A stretch of 64,000 bases of DNA from Patescibacteria group bacterium (GTDB lineage: Bacteria > Patescibacteriota > Saccharimonadia > Saccharimonadales > UBA4665). Position numbers and translations under genes: made by a program. The notes under the pieces are model-generated. The model was not told the DNA's origin. It ran no database searches and saw only the letters and a program-made list of their open reading frames with translations. The stretch lies in NCBI GenBank assembly GCA_038064395.1, contig JBBTTE010000004.1, forward strand, positions 37,342 through 101,341, read 5' to 3'. Shown here piece by piece: positions 27,636 through 35,750 of the stretch (the first letter of the stretch is position 1; every line of letters begins with the position of its first letter).

Positions 27636-28704
27636 GCAAGCTGAAGACCTCAAGCAACAGATCGGCAAGGCCTTAGAGCAGCTCAAAATCCAGCAACTAA
27701 GCCAGCAACTCTCCGACTTACAGGCTACCAGCCAGCAAGCAGACTTCTGGGACAACTCAAGCCAAGCTCAAGAAACAATGAAGCAAATTGCTAAGCTAGA
27801 AGCTCGCGTTCAGCCGTGGGTCAAGCTAGAGCAGTCCATCATCGACCTAAGTGACATGATAGGTCTCCAAGACGCCACCCTACAGAACGAACTTAGCCAG
27901 CAACTAACCCAAATAACCGACAAGTTCTCGTCCCTAAAGGAAGAGCTTAAGCTCAATGGACACTACGATAACCACGATGCAATTCTGAGTATTTATGCGG
28001 GAGCTGGCGGTACCGATGCGCAGGACTGGACACAAATGTTACTCAGAATGTACACTCGATATTTCGAAAATAACAGATACAAGGTCACGACTGTAGACGA
28101 ATCAGCCGGTGAAGAGGCTGGTCTCAAGAGTATTACCATGGAAGTCGAAGGGCCTTTCGCTTACGGCAAACTCAAGAGCGAACATGGCGTTCACAGGCTA
28201 GTCAGACTTAGTCCGTTCAACAGTGACAACCTGCGCCAAACCAGCTTCGCCAAAGTCGAGGTAATGCCCAAGATCGACAAGCCTGACGAGCTGGACATAG
28301 ACGAAAAAGATTTGAAAATCGATGTTTACAGAAGCGGTGGCAAAGGTGGACAGTCAGTTAACACAACCGACTCGGCAGTAAGGGTAACGCACTTGCCAAC
28401 TGGGCTGACTGTGGCGATTCAGAATGAGCGCAGCCAGTTGCAGAACAAGGAAACCGCCATGACAATTCTAAGATCACGCTTAGCCCAGCTGCAGATAGAG
28501 CAACACGCCGAAAAACTAGGTGAACTCAAGGGACCCAACCAGTCAGCCGAGTGGGGTAATCAGATTCGCAGCTACGTGTTACATCCTTATAAGCAGGTCA
28601 AAGATCTGCGCACCAAGTACGAGACCAGTGATCCCGACAAAGTGTTAGACGGTGATCTTGAGCCGTTGATTAATGCCTACTTAGAAAACGTATTAAAAAC
28701 ATAG
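27619..28704 (+). CDS. prfB: peptide chain release factor 2, encoded in a single uninterrupted frame
   Basis: The SPF tripeptide (RLSPFNSDN) and GGQ ([22 protein letters not shown]) are present. The gene is full length from Met1 with no in-frame UGA, and an AGGGGAAGG SD lies upstream. Confidence 0.95.
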   Translation: MDDRLKQAEDLKQQIGKALEQLKIQQLSQQLSDLQATSQQADFWDNSSQAQETMKQIAKLEARVQPWVKLEQSIIDLSDMIGLQDATLQNELSQQLTQITDKFSSLKEELKLNGHYDNHDAILSIYAGAGGTDAQDWTQMLLRMYTRYFENNRYKVTTVDESAGEEAGLKSITMEVEGPFAYGKLKSEHGVHRLVRLSPFNSDNLRQTSFAKVEVMPKIDKPDELDIDEKDLKIDVYRSGGKGGQSVNTTDSAVRVTHLPTGLTVAIQNERSQLQNKETAMTILRSRLAQLQIEQHAEKLGELKGPNQSAEWGNQIRSYVLHPYKQVKDLRTKYETSDPDKVLDGDLEPLINAYLENVLKT

Positions 28705-28705
28705 T

Positions 28706-29581
28706 CTAAATGCTGGCTGCGAGAACTTCGAACACTCTCTTGTGATTGGCTATGGTATCAATAGCTTGTTGTCCTGATCTTTTTGATCCATGGACAACGC
28801 TAGAAGCCTCAACTCGATTTCTTAGCAATTGATGCATGGCGTCACTACCTACTAACACTTTGTTACGGTAGCCATTAGCTAACGAACTATCAATGATTTT
28901 GTGGGGCAGTTCGGTTTCGTCTGTGTCGTCGTTTGCGGATTGTGCTTCTGGGTTAGCTGGCTCAATCATGCTAATAAGTGGCAAAAGCTTATGTTTGTGT
29001 ATGGTCAAACTACCATACTTAATAGCTCGGTCTATATCTAGTCCGGTATCAAATTCTCCTCTTAGATAATTTTGGCCATAGACATCGACGTCAATCATAG
29101 CCGAAGGTGTTTTAATCCCAAAGACACGCCTAACTAGTGGTGAAGACGAGGGGTGCATGAATTCAGGCTTTGCTTCTGGATCAATCGGCCTTACTACAGA
29201 GACAAATGCCAGACTGGAAAGGTCTACTATAGACATCGAGGTTCGTCGGCGACATTCTGTTACGTCACGAAAACGCAAAAACGATGCCCCTGTTGTTAAC
29301 ACAGGTGTTTCGTGATGACCTACACCGTCAGTCTCGCGGTGCTTATCTAATACGCCCATAAATCGATCAAATTTATCAGCATGTTTAGATGTGAAGGCGC
29401 TTGTACCCAAGAAATGAACAAATGCAGGTGCAGCAGCTCCTTCGAAGTCTGTGTCACGTTCAGCTCCGTTCAACGCCAGCATTCGCTGAGCCACCGTATC
29501 ATAGGCGTTATGCCGCTGAGCCTCTGCAAGCTCGACGTCACCGCTAAATTGAGATTCTAACGCAGTTCTCCTTATGGACAT
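28706..29581 (-). CDS. hypothetical soluble protein (orphan), opposite strand to all neighbours
   Basis: Clean 291-aa ORF. On the minus strand, TTGCAT and an AT-rich -10 region are followed by an AAAGG SD. No family motif was recognised. Confidence 0.5.
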   Translation of the reverse strand: MSIRRTALESQFSGDVELAEAQRHNAYDTVAQRMLALNGAERDTDFEGAAAPAFVHFLGTSAFTSKHADKFDRFMGVLDKHRETDGVGHHETPVLTTGASFLRFRDVTECRRRTSMSIVDLSSLAFVSVVRPIDPEAKPEFMHPSSSPLVRRVFGIKTPSAMIDVDVYGQNYLRGEFDTGLDIDRAIKYGSLTIHKHKLLPLISMIEPANPEAQSANDDTDETELPHKIIDSSLANGYRNKVLVGSDAMHQLLRNRVEASSVVHGSKRSGQQAIDTIANHKRVFEVLAASI

Positions 29582-29659
29582 ATGATTAACCTTTAATTCC
29601 TAGAGGTTTCATTATTTATGAAGCTACCAACGGATGCAAGCACAAGTAATATGACAATT

Positions 29660-29668
29660 TGCTATAAT
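29660..29668 (+). promoter_or_regulatory. extended -10 TGcTATAAT, 7 nt before the ftsE ATG at 29676
   Basis: Read directly from the sequence. The in-frame ATGs at 29667 and 29670 lie inside or next to the -10. Confidence 0.5.
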
Positions 29669-29675
29669 GATGATA

Positions 29676-30359
29676 ATGATTCTCTTAGACAGGGTAACCA
29701 AAACCTACAACAAAGACCTAGGCTCAGCTCTAGATCGCATCACATTACATGTTGAACCAAAGGAATTCGTGATTGTTATCGGCCAATCCGGCGCCGGCAA
29801 GACGACTCTACTCAAGCTTCTAACTAGAGAAGAACGCCCAACCAGCGGTAAGATCATCATCGGTGGAATAGATTATGACAAACTCAAGGACAAAGATATT
29901 CCAATGCTGCGCCGCAAGATTGGCGTTGTGTTCCAAGACTTCAAGCTACTACCTAACCGTAACGTCTTCGAGAACGTAGCCTACGCCCTAGAAATCGTCG
30001 GCATCAGCAACCGCGAAATCCGCCACACTGTGCCCAAGGTGCTAGACATCGTAAACCTGAAGGGCAAAGAGAAGCGTATGCCCCAAGAATTAAGCGGCGG
30101 TGAGCGTCAACGTGTAGCCATAGCACGGGCTATTGTACGACAGCCAAGAATTCTGATTGCCGATGAGCCAACAGGTAACTTAGACCCCAAACACGCTTGG
30201 GATGTAATCAAAGTTCTCGAGAAGATTAACAGATACGGCACAACTGTTCTACTGACAACTCACAACCAAGACATAGTTAACAAGCTCAAGCGTCGTGTAG
30301 TCACCATCCAAGGCGGCAAGATCAGCAGTGACCGCGCTAACGCAGGCTATAAGGTCTAG
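29676..30359 (+). CDS. ftsE: cell division ABC transporter ATP-binding protein FtsE
   Basis: Walker A GQSGAGKTT, the signature LSGGERQR and Walker B ILIADEPTGNLD are present. The N-terminus MILLDRVTKTY resembles FtsE starts and ftsX follows. Confidence 0.93.
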   Translation: MILLDRVTKTYNKDLGSALDRITLHVEPKEFVIVIGQSGAGKTTLLKLLTREERPTSGKIIIGGIDYDKLKDKDIPMLRRKIGVVFQDFKLLPNRNVFENVAYALEIVGISNREIRHTVPKVLDIVNLKGKEKRMPQELSGGERQRVAIARAIVRQPRILIADEPTGNLDPKHAWDVIKVLEKINRYGTTVLLTTHNQDIVNKLKRRVVTIQGGKISSDRANAGYKV

Positions 30360-30362
30360 CAG

Positions 30363-31307
30363 ATGGAACGGCGACTGATAACAATTTGGCGTATCATTCA
30401 CACTGGTATCGTCAACTTTATGCGAAGCATCAGTCTGGCTGTTGCCGCAATGGCTGTGATGGCTGTAACGCTGACGATCGTGCTTTTCTCAATTATTGCT
30501 AATGCTACCTTCGCCAACACTATCAATGACATTACTAGTAAGATAACCGTTTCGGCCTATCTTAAGGATGAGACTACCGATACCCAAGCCAAGAAGCTAG
30601 TGTCCGAACTCAAGAAACACCCCAATGTTACCAAGGTAGTTTATCTCAATAAGGAACAGGCTACACAAGCATATATAAGGCAGAACCTCGACAACAAAGA
30701 GCTGGTGGCTGCGATTACCCAAGCTGATAACCCTATTCCGCCAACGATTCAGATATCCCCAAGGAATCTTAATCAAGTGGACGAGATCAAAAACTTCCTA
30801 ACAGAACCCGACAATAAGAGTTTGCAAACAGCTGACTCGCCATCCTACAACGACAAGCGCAGGGAGGCCATCGATAACATTGCTCATGCTACCAATGTAC
30901 TGCGTAAGCTAGGTATTATCAGCGTCGCCGTCTTTGCCTTGACCTGTATTCTGACCATTTTCAATACCATCCAGATGGCCATATTCAACCGTCGGGACGA
31001 GATCCAGATTATGCGTTTACTCGGTGCTAGCACGAGTTATATAAGAGGGCCGTTCATTGTGGAGAGCGCTATCTACGGCTTGTTGTCGGCGGTGTTCTCA
31101 ATACTGATCGTGAACTCGGCATTTCTAGCATCTAGCACAGCGCTACAAGCCAGCAGTCTAGGTCTGTTAGACATCAATTATGCCAACGAGTTCTTTGACG
31201 AACATTTCTTGCAGCTTTTGCTGTTCCAAATCGCTACTGGTATAATCATAGGTACCGTCTCTTCTGTCATAGCGACCGCACGGTACCTCAAATTCAAGAC
31301 AAAGTAA
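30363..31307 (+). CDS. ftsX: cell division permease-like protein FtsX
   Basis: Four TM helices with a large first extracellular loop. The gene is immediately downstream of ftsE. Confidence 0.88.
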   Translation: MERRLITIWRIIHTGIVNFMRSISLAVAAMAVMAVTLTIVLFSIIANATFANTINDITSKITVSAYLKDETTDTQAKKLVSELKKHPNVTKVVYLNKEQATQAYIRQNLDNKELVAAITQADNPIPPTIQISPRNLNQVDEIKNFLTEPDNKSLQTADSPSYNDKRREAIDNIAHATNVLRKLGIISVAVFALTCILTIFNTIQMAIFNRRDEIQIMRLLGASTSYIRGPFIVESAIYGLLSAVFSILIVNSAFLASSTALQASSLGLLDINYANEFFDEHFLQLLLFQIATGIIIGTVSSVIATARYLKFKTK

Positions 31308-31394
31308 GCATCGAGAAACAAACAGCAACTTAAGCGGCGAGGGGGCTTGATGCGATGTGCTATAATATATCCAGCGCATAAAAATACAAAAACA

Positions 31395-32522
31395 ATGCCA
31401 AAAATACAAAAAACGTTCAAACACTATTATAAGACACGGGCTTTTCTAGCAGCCCTGACCTTGATGATGCTTGTGAGCGGTGCAGTCGCAGTTCATGCTG
31501 ATCAGTTCGACGTTCAGATCAATGCTTTGCAGCAGCAGAATCAAGCTGCCCGAGGCGTGCTTAGCGGTCTAACTTCCGAGGCCAGCAGCTACCAACAGGT
31601 GATTGACCAGCTGCAGACTCAGATTAATGATATTCAGACCAAGATTGCTGCCAATGTGGCGCAACAGGAGGCTTTGCAGACCAAGATTACTGAGGCTAAG
31701 GCCAAGATCGCTCAGCAGAAGAAGTTCCTAGGACAAGACATTAAGTCTATGTATATTGACGGTCAATTGACGACGATCGAGGAGCTGGCGACTAGCAAGA
31801 ACCTTAGCGAATACGTCGACAAGCAAGAGTACCGCGTTGCAGCCCAGAGCAAACTCGACACCACAATCAAGCAGATCGCTGCCTTGCAGTCTGAACTTCA
31901 GAAGCAAAAGGTCGAACTAGATACTCTCGTCGACTCACAGAAGCAACAAAACGACCAACTGGGCAGTGCTCAGTCGCAGCAGCAGAACCTGTTGTCGTAC
32001 AACCAAGGCCAGCAGAATGCCTTTAACCAGCAGATCGGTGCTAACTCAAGCAAGATCGGTGACTTGCGTCGCCAGCAAGCCATCCTTAACTCTAGGTACA
32101 ATGTCGGTAACTTCAGAGGTGACCCAGGCAATGGTGGCTATCCGAACTACTGGGCCAATGCGGCTCAAGACAGTCTGATCGACAGTTGGGGTATGTATAA
32201 CCGAGAATGTGTCAGTTACACAGCCTACAAAGTTCACGAAGATTACCTAGCAGGCAGGAACAGTCGCGACATGCCTTACTGGGGCGGCATTGGTAACGCC
32301 AACCAATGGGATGACAATGCGCGCGCCTCAGGTATCCCTGTAGACACCAACCCAACCCCAGGTTCAATCGCTATCAGTAACTCTGGCTTCTATGGACACG
32401 CTATGTATGTCTCAGCCGTTAACGGCAACCAGATCTATATTCAGCAGTACAACGCCTCTCTTAACGGCACGTATTCTGAAGGTTGGCGCTATACAACTGG
32501 TCTAGTCTTCCTCCACTTCTAG
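31395..32522 (+). CDS. secreted coiled-coil plus C-terminal CHAP domain peptidoglycan hydrolase (PcsB-like architecture)
   Basis: A signal/TM segment (FLAALTLMMLVSGAVAV) and a Q-rich coiled coil of about 200 aa precede the CHAP motifs NRECVSYTAYKV (Cys) and GHAMYVSAV (His). The start is taken at the ATG at 31395, downstream of TGcTATAAT at 31358-31366. Confidence 0.8.
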   Translation: MPKIQKTFKHYYKTRAFLAALTLMMLVSGAVAVHADQFDVQINALQQQNQAARGVLSGLTSEASSYQQVIDQLQTQINDIQTKIAANVAQQEALQTKITEAKAKIAQQKKFLGQDIKSMYIDGQLTTIEELATSKNLSEYVDKQEYRVAAQSKLDTTIKQIAALQSELQKQKVELDTLVDSQKQQNDQLGSAQSQQQNLLSYNQGQQNAFNQQIGANSSKIGDLRRQQAILNSRYNVGNFRGDPGNGGYPNYWANAAQDSLIDSWGMYNRECVSYTAYKVHEDYLAGRNSRDMPYWGGIGNANQWDDNARASGIPVDTNPTPGSIAISNSGFYGHAMYVSAVNGNQIYIQQYNASLNGTYSEGWRYTTGLVFLHF

Positions 32523-32533
32523 TACGTTTAAAC

Positions 32534-32598
32534 GGCAATTCAGCCATTGTTCTCCCTCGGGCACAGAACGGCCGTCGGGAGAAAATGGCCGAATCGCC
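32534..32598 (+). other. 65-nt extended imperfect hairpin directly after the CHAP gene stop
   Basis: The arms are GGCAATTCAGCCATTGTTCTCCC (32534-32556) and GGGAGAAAATGGCCGAATCGCC (32577-32598). They form about 20 pairs with 2 mismatches and 1 bulge around a 20-nt loop. No U-tract follows. Confidence 0.6.
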
Positions 32599-32618
32599 TC
32601 AAGCGCACTTAGGAATTT

Positions 32619-32710
32619 GACCACCATATAGAAAACATATCTATTCTATATGGATTCTATATGCATCTAGTACGAAATCTATATAAGTTCTATATGGTCA
32701 TCAAATTAGT
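32619..32710. repeat. 11-bp phased ATAT-core palindromic array (family copy B, longest)
   Basis: ATAT cores start at 32626, 32637, 32648, 32659, (32670 skipped), 32681 and 32692. The ends are inverted: GACCA(CCA)TATAGAA versus TTCTATATGGTC. The tail CAAATTAGT is shared with copy C. Confidence 0.8.
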
Positions 32711-32792
32711 GAAGGCGCCTAAGTCAGATTACTTGATGGGTGCCCGCAAAGACGACAAAGCCAAAGCCTAAAACCTCAAGCGTAAGCACAAA

Positions 32793-32801
32793 TGGTATAA
32801 T
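32793..32801 (+). promoter_or_regulatory. extended -10 TGgTATAAT, 8 nt before the ATG at 32810
   Basis: Read directly from the sequence. Confidence 0.55.
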
Positions 32802-32809
32802 AGACAGCA

Positions 32810-34021
32810 ATGAACTTGAGACCAAAAGTGAACGGCCGCAAAATCGCGCGTAGCCTAGTCAATATCTTTATCCTGCTGGCTATCTTCATGGTAGGTGTCA
32901 ATGTCGGTAATGGACGTCTGGAATGGCAACGTCATAAGTCGGTTTCTCAGGAGTTGCCGTCCAAGCTCAACTACAGTAGCGTCGACAGCGTTTATCAGGC
33001 ACTGAAGGCCAATTACGACGGCAAGCTAACCCAGAAGCAGCTCGAAGACGGCCTCAAGCACGGTCTAGCCGAAGCTACCAAGGACCCTTACACTAGCTAC
33101 TTTACGGCCAAGGAGGCTAAGGACTTCAACTCGCAGCTTAACAACAGCTTCAGCGGCATTGGTGCACAGCTGGGCAAGGATGCTGACGGCAATCTTGAGG
33201 TTATATCGCCAATTGATGGTTTGCCAGCCGACAAGGCAGGCCTTAAGGCCAAGGATATAATCGTCTACGTTAACGGGACAAGTACCAGTGGTATGTCTGT
33301 AGATGACGCTGTCAGTCGAATTCGCGGACCCAAGGATACCAAGGTTAAGCTACAAGTTGTGCGCAACAGGGCCGAAACTCTAAACTTCACAATCACCAGA
33401 CAAGATATCAACCTCCCAAGTGTGAAGACCAAGATTCTTGATGGCAACATCGGTTATCTACAGATCACCAGCTTTTCCAACGATACCAACGAGCTAGTTC
33501 AGAAAGCAGCTCAAGACTTCAAGCAGAAGAACGTCAAAGGCATAATTCTAGACATGCGTGATGATCCAGGCGGCTTGCTGGATGCAGCCATCAAAGTTTC
33601 TAGCCTATGGTTGCCGCAAGGTACGAAGATTCTAGATGAGAAGCAGGGCAACACCGTAATTGATAGCAGCTCAGCGACAGGCGGAGACATCCTTAACGGT
33701 ATCCCAACCGTAGTTCTGGTTAATTCAGGCAGCGCTAGTGCCAGCGAAATCACCGCCGGCGCCCTCCGCGACAACAAGGCGGCCTACATAATAGGCGAAA
33801 AGAGCTATGGTAAGGGCGTCGTTCAGCAGCTAATTAACTTCGGTGACGGCAGCCAACTTAAGGTAACTGTAGCTAGCTGGTACCGACCCAACGGACAGAA
33901 CATTAATCACCGTGGCATCACGCCTGACAAGGTTATCAAGATCACTCCAGAAGAAGCCAAGACTGGCAACGACACGCAGCTGAAGGCCGCCGAGGCCTAC
34001 CTGACAGCTAAGCAGCAGTAG
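32810..34021 (+). CDS. S41 family C-terminal processing (tail-specific) peptidase with PDZ domain
   Basis: An N-terminal TM helix, a PDZ segment (PADKAGLKAKDII), the catalytic Ser context GSASASEI and a downstream YGKG Lys motif are all present. Confidence 0.9.
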   Translation: MNLRPKVNGRKIARSLVNIFILLAIFMVGVNVGNGRLEWQRHKSVSQELPSKLNYSSVDSVYQALKANYDGKLTQKQLEDGLKHGLAEATKDPYTSYFTAKEAKDFNSQLNNSFSGIGAQLGKDADGNLEVISPIDGLPADKAGLKAKDIIVYVNGTSTSGMSVDDAVSRIRGPKDTKVKLQVVRNRAETLNFTITRQDINLPSVKTKILDGNIGYLQITSFSNDTNELVQKAAQDFKQKNVKGIILDMRDDPGGLLDAAIKVSSLWLPQGTKILDEKQGNTVIDSSSATGGDILNGIPTVVLVNSGSASASEITAGALRDNKAAYIIGEKSYGKGVVQQLINFGDGSQLKVTVASWYRPNGQNINHRGITPDKVIKITPEEAKTGNDTQLKAAEAYLTAKQQ

Positions 34022-34022
34022 A

Positions 34023-35594
34023 CTACAGCAGCTCTTGGGCTAGCGCTAGAGCCTTGCTAGCTGGTCGGCGTTGTTCGATCTTGCGTCGCTTGTCAGCGAG
34101 AGCTTCAAGACTGTCTTCAATGACTTGCTTGAGCTTCGGGTCGCCAACATGATCTTGAAGTCTTTGGAAGCCACGATTGCTGCGCTCAGTAGAGTATCGA
34201 GCTGACATAGCTACAGCTTTCTCAGCAAAAGGGCGATCGATTTTGTCAAAGTTAGTGTCTTCTGGAATATCAAGATTGCTTCGGTCTAAGTAATGAATGA
34301 ATTGGTGCACGCTGCTAGAATCGGCGACATCATCAGTACCTGTTGCGTGCTTCTCCTCTAGGCCTTGGGCGAACAAGTAGATCCTAAATGCTTCTTCCGC
34401 AGTTGGTTGAATAAAAGCATGTCCATGAATAGAACGTATAAGCTCGAACTCCAATGCATTATTTGCTGCGATTGCCATGTCATAGGCTATCTCAAACAGA
34501 CGAAGGCCAGCTTCGAGGTCGACTTTGATAAGTTGATCGGCAGACTTGGTGGCATAGAAGGGACCCATGAGTCCAGCGCCCTTAACTGGTGATGCAGGGC
34601 TTTTGACTAGTGCGCCGACCTTAGCGGTGTAAGTATTAGCAGCCTCAAACACTTTGACAGCCTGTTCTATAAGCTGTTTTTGACTGTAAGAAGCTACGTC
34701 CTCAGAGGATTTCTGACCAATAGTCTCTACTAAATTAGCACCAAATTCTGCCAGACTGTAGGCCTTTCTTATTGGGTCAGGTCTAGATTCGCCACCAAAG
34801 TCCTCGTAAGTAGCTATAATTTCATCGACTTGTACTTGCATCATGTGCACTAAGGCTTCTTCTAGTTCGGTATTTGTGTCAATTGCTGCAACGTCAAGTA
34901 TAGCTTCAGTAACAGATACCGCCAGCATTTCTTTACGATCTAATCTGTCGTAGGTCGCTGGTATCGAATTGGCTAGCTCAAAAGCCTTTTCATAAATCAT
35001 AAGTGGCTGGTTGGCTGAGTTAGGCTGCTCGGCTAGACCAAGGTAAGTAGCGTTCGTCGCAGATACCTCAGCTACACGAGCGATAGTATCAAATCCAAAG
35101 AAATGCCGACTTTTCTTACTCGCGGCACTTTCAAATAAAGCAGCAGCCGATTGCTCTAAGTAGGACGAGCCCTGAGCCATTAGAGACACCTCTTGCTGGC
35201 CAGTTTCTGTCTCTACTATGGATTGAGCCATCCATGTCAAAGCGTTAGCTTTAGCTCCGGAGCTCTCTATACCATCGGCCAAATGACTAGCACGCTCAGT
35301 CAGCTCTGCAATGCCCATAGCGTCATCACGAGCACGAATGCCGAATCCAACGGCTCGCACCATGCCATCAAGTAATATTTCTCTTGAGCGTTCATCCTCG
35401 AGTCCGGCTACGGAGCCTTCTATGACGTCTAGCATTTCAAGCACCGGCGGAACATCGCCGACCCTAACTAATCTAGCCATAGCCCCACGTTCTTCATAGT
35501 CCAACATCGGACGAAGCTCCCCATTAAGTTCTTCGGGTTGTAAACCAATAATGTGTTGAGTGAGCGTTTCAAACTCCGGTACTTGGCTAGTCAT
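34023..35594 (-). CDS. large all-helical acidic hypothetical protein (orphan)
   Basis: 523-aa ORF with no TM helix or signal peptide and a helix-rich, repeat-like composition. An AGAGGAAG SD lies upstream on the minus strand. No family motif was recognised. Confidence 0.5.
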   Translation of the reverse strand: MTSQVPEFETLTQHIIGLQPEELNGELRPMLDYEERGAMARLVRVGDVPPVLEMLDVIEGSVAGLEDERSREILLDGMVRAVGFGIRARDDAMGIAELTERASHLADGIESSGAKANALTWMAQSIVETETGQQEVSLMAQGSSYLEQSAAALFESAASKKSRHFFGFDTIARVAEVSATNATYLGLAEQPNSANQPLMIYEKAFELANSIPATYDRLDRKEMLAVSVTEAILDVAAIDTNTELEEALVHMMQVQVDEIIATYEDFGGESRPDPIRKAYSLAEFGANLVETIGQKSSEDVASYSQKQLIEQAVKVFEAANTYTAKVGALVKSPASPVKGAGLMGPFYATKSADQLIKVDLEAGLRLFEIAYDMAIAANNALEFELIRSIHGHAFIQPTAEEAFRIYLFAQGLEEKHATGTDDVADSSSVHQFIHYLDRSNLDIPEDTNFDKIDRPFAEKAVAMSARYSTERSNRGFQRLQDHVGDPKLKQVIEDSLEALADKRRKIEQRRPASKALALAQELL

Positions 35595-35696
35595 GCTGTG
35601 AGGCTTCCTCTTGAATTAAATTATGCCTATCATACGACATTATTTATTGTTTTTCAAGCTTGGTGAGTCACATCTGTAATATTGCCGATCAAAAAC

Positions 35697-35725
35697 TTGC
35701 CATACAGATAGAAGTAAGGTAGCAT
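35697..35725 (+). promoter_or_regulatory. promoter TTGCCA-17-TAGCAT for pyrG
   Basis: TTGCCA lies at 35697-35702 and TAGCAT at 35720-35725. A GAGAGG SD precedes the GTG start at 35751. Confidence 0.5.
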
Positions 35726-35750
35726 AGAACGATTAAGAGAGGTGTTATAA

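Noticed and set aside
31347-31394. The upstream TTG start of the CHAP-hydrolase ORF (MMRCAIIYPAHKNTKT...).
   Set aside because: That segment contains the extended -10 TGcTATAAT (31358-31366). The ATG at 31395 gives a normal basic N-terminus followed by a signal/TM helix.
32619-32710. Whether the short tandem repeats here, and at 3247-3306 and 21759-21823, could be a CRISPR array.
   Set aside because: The period is 11 bp, with no 25-40 bp repeats, no unique spacers and no cas genes. They are not CRISPR arrays.
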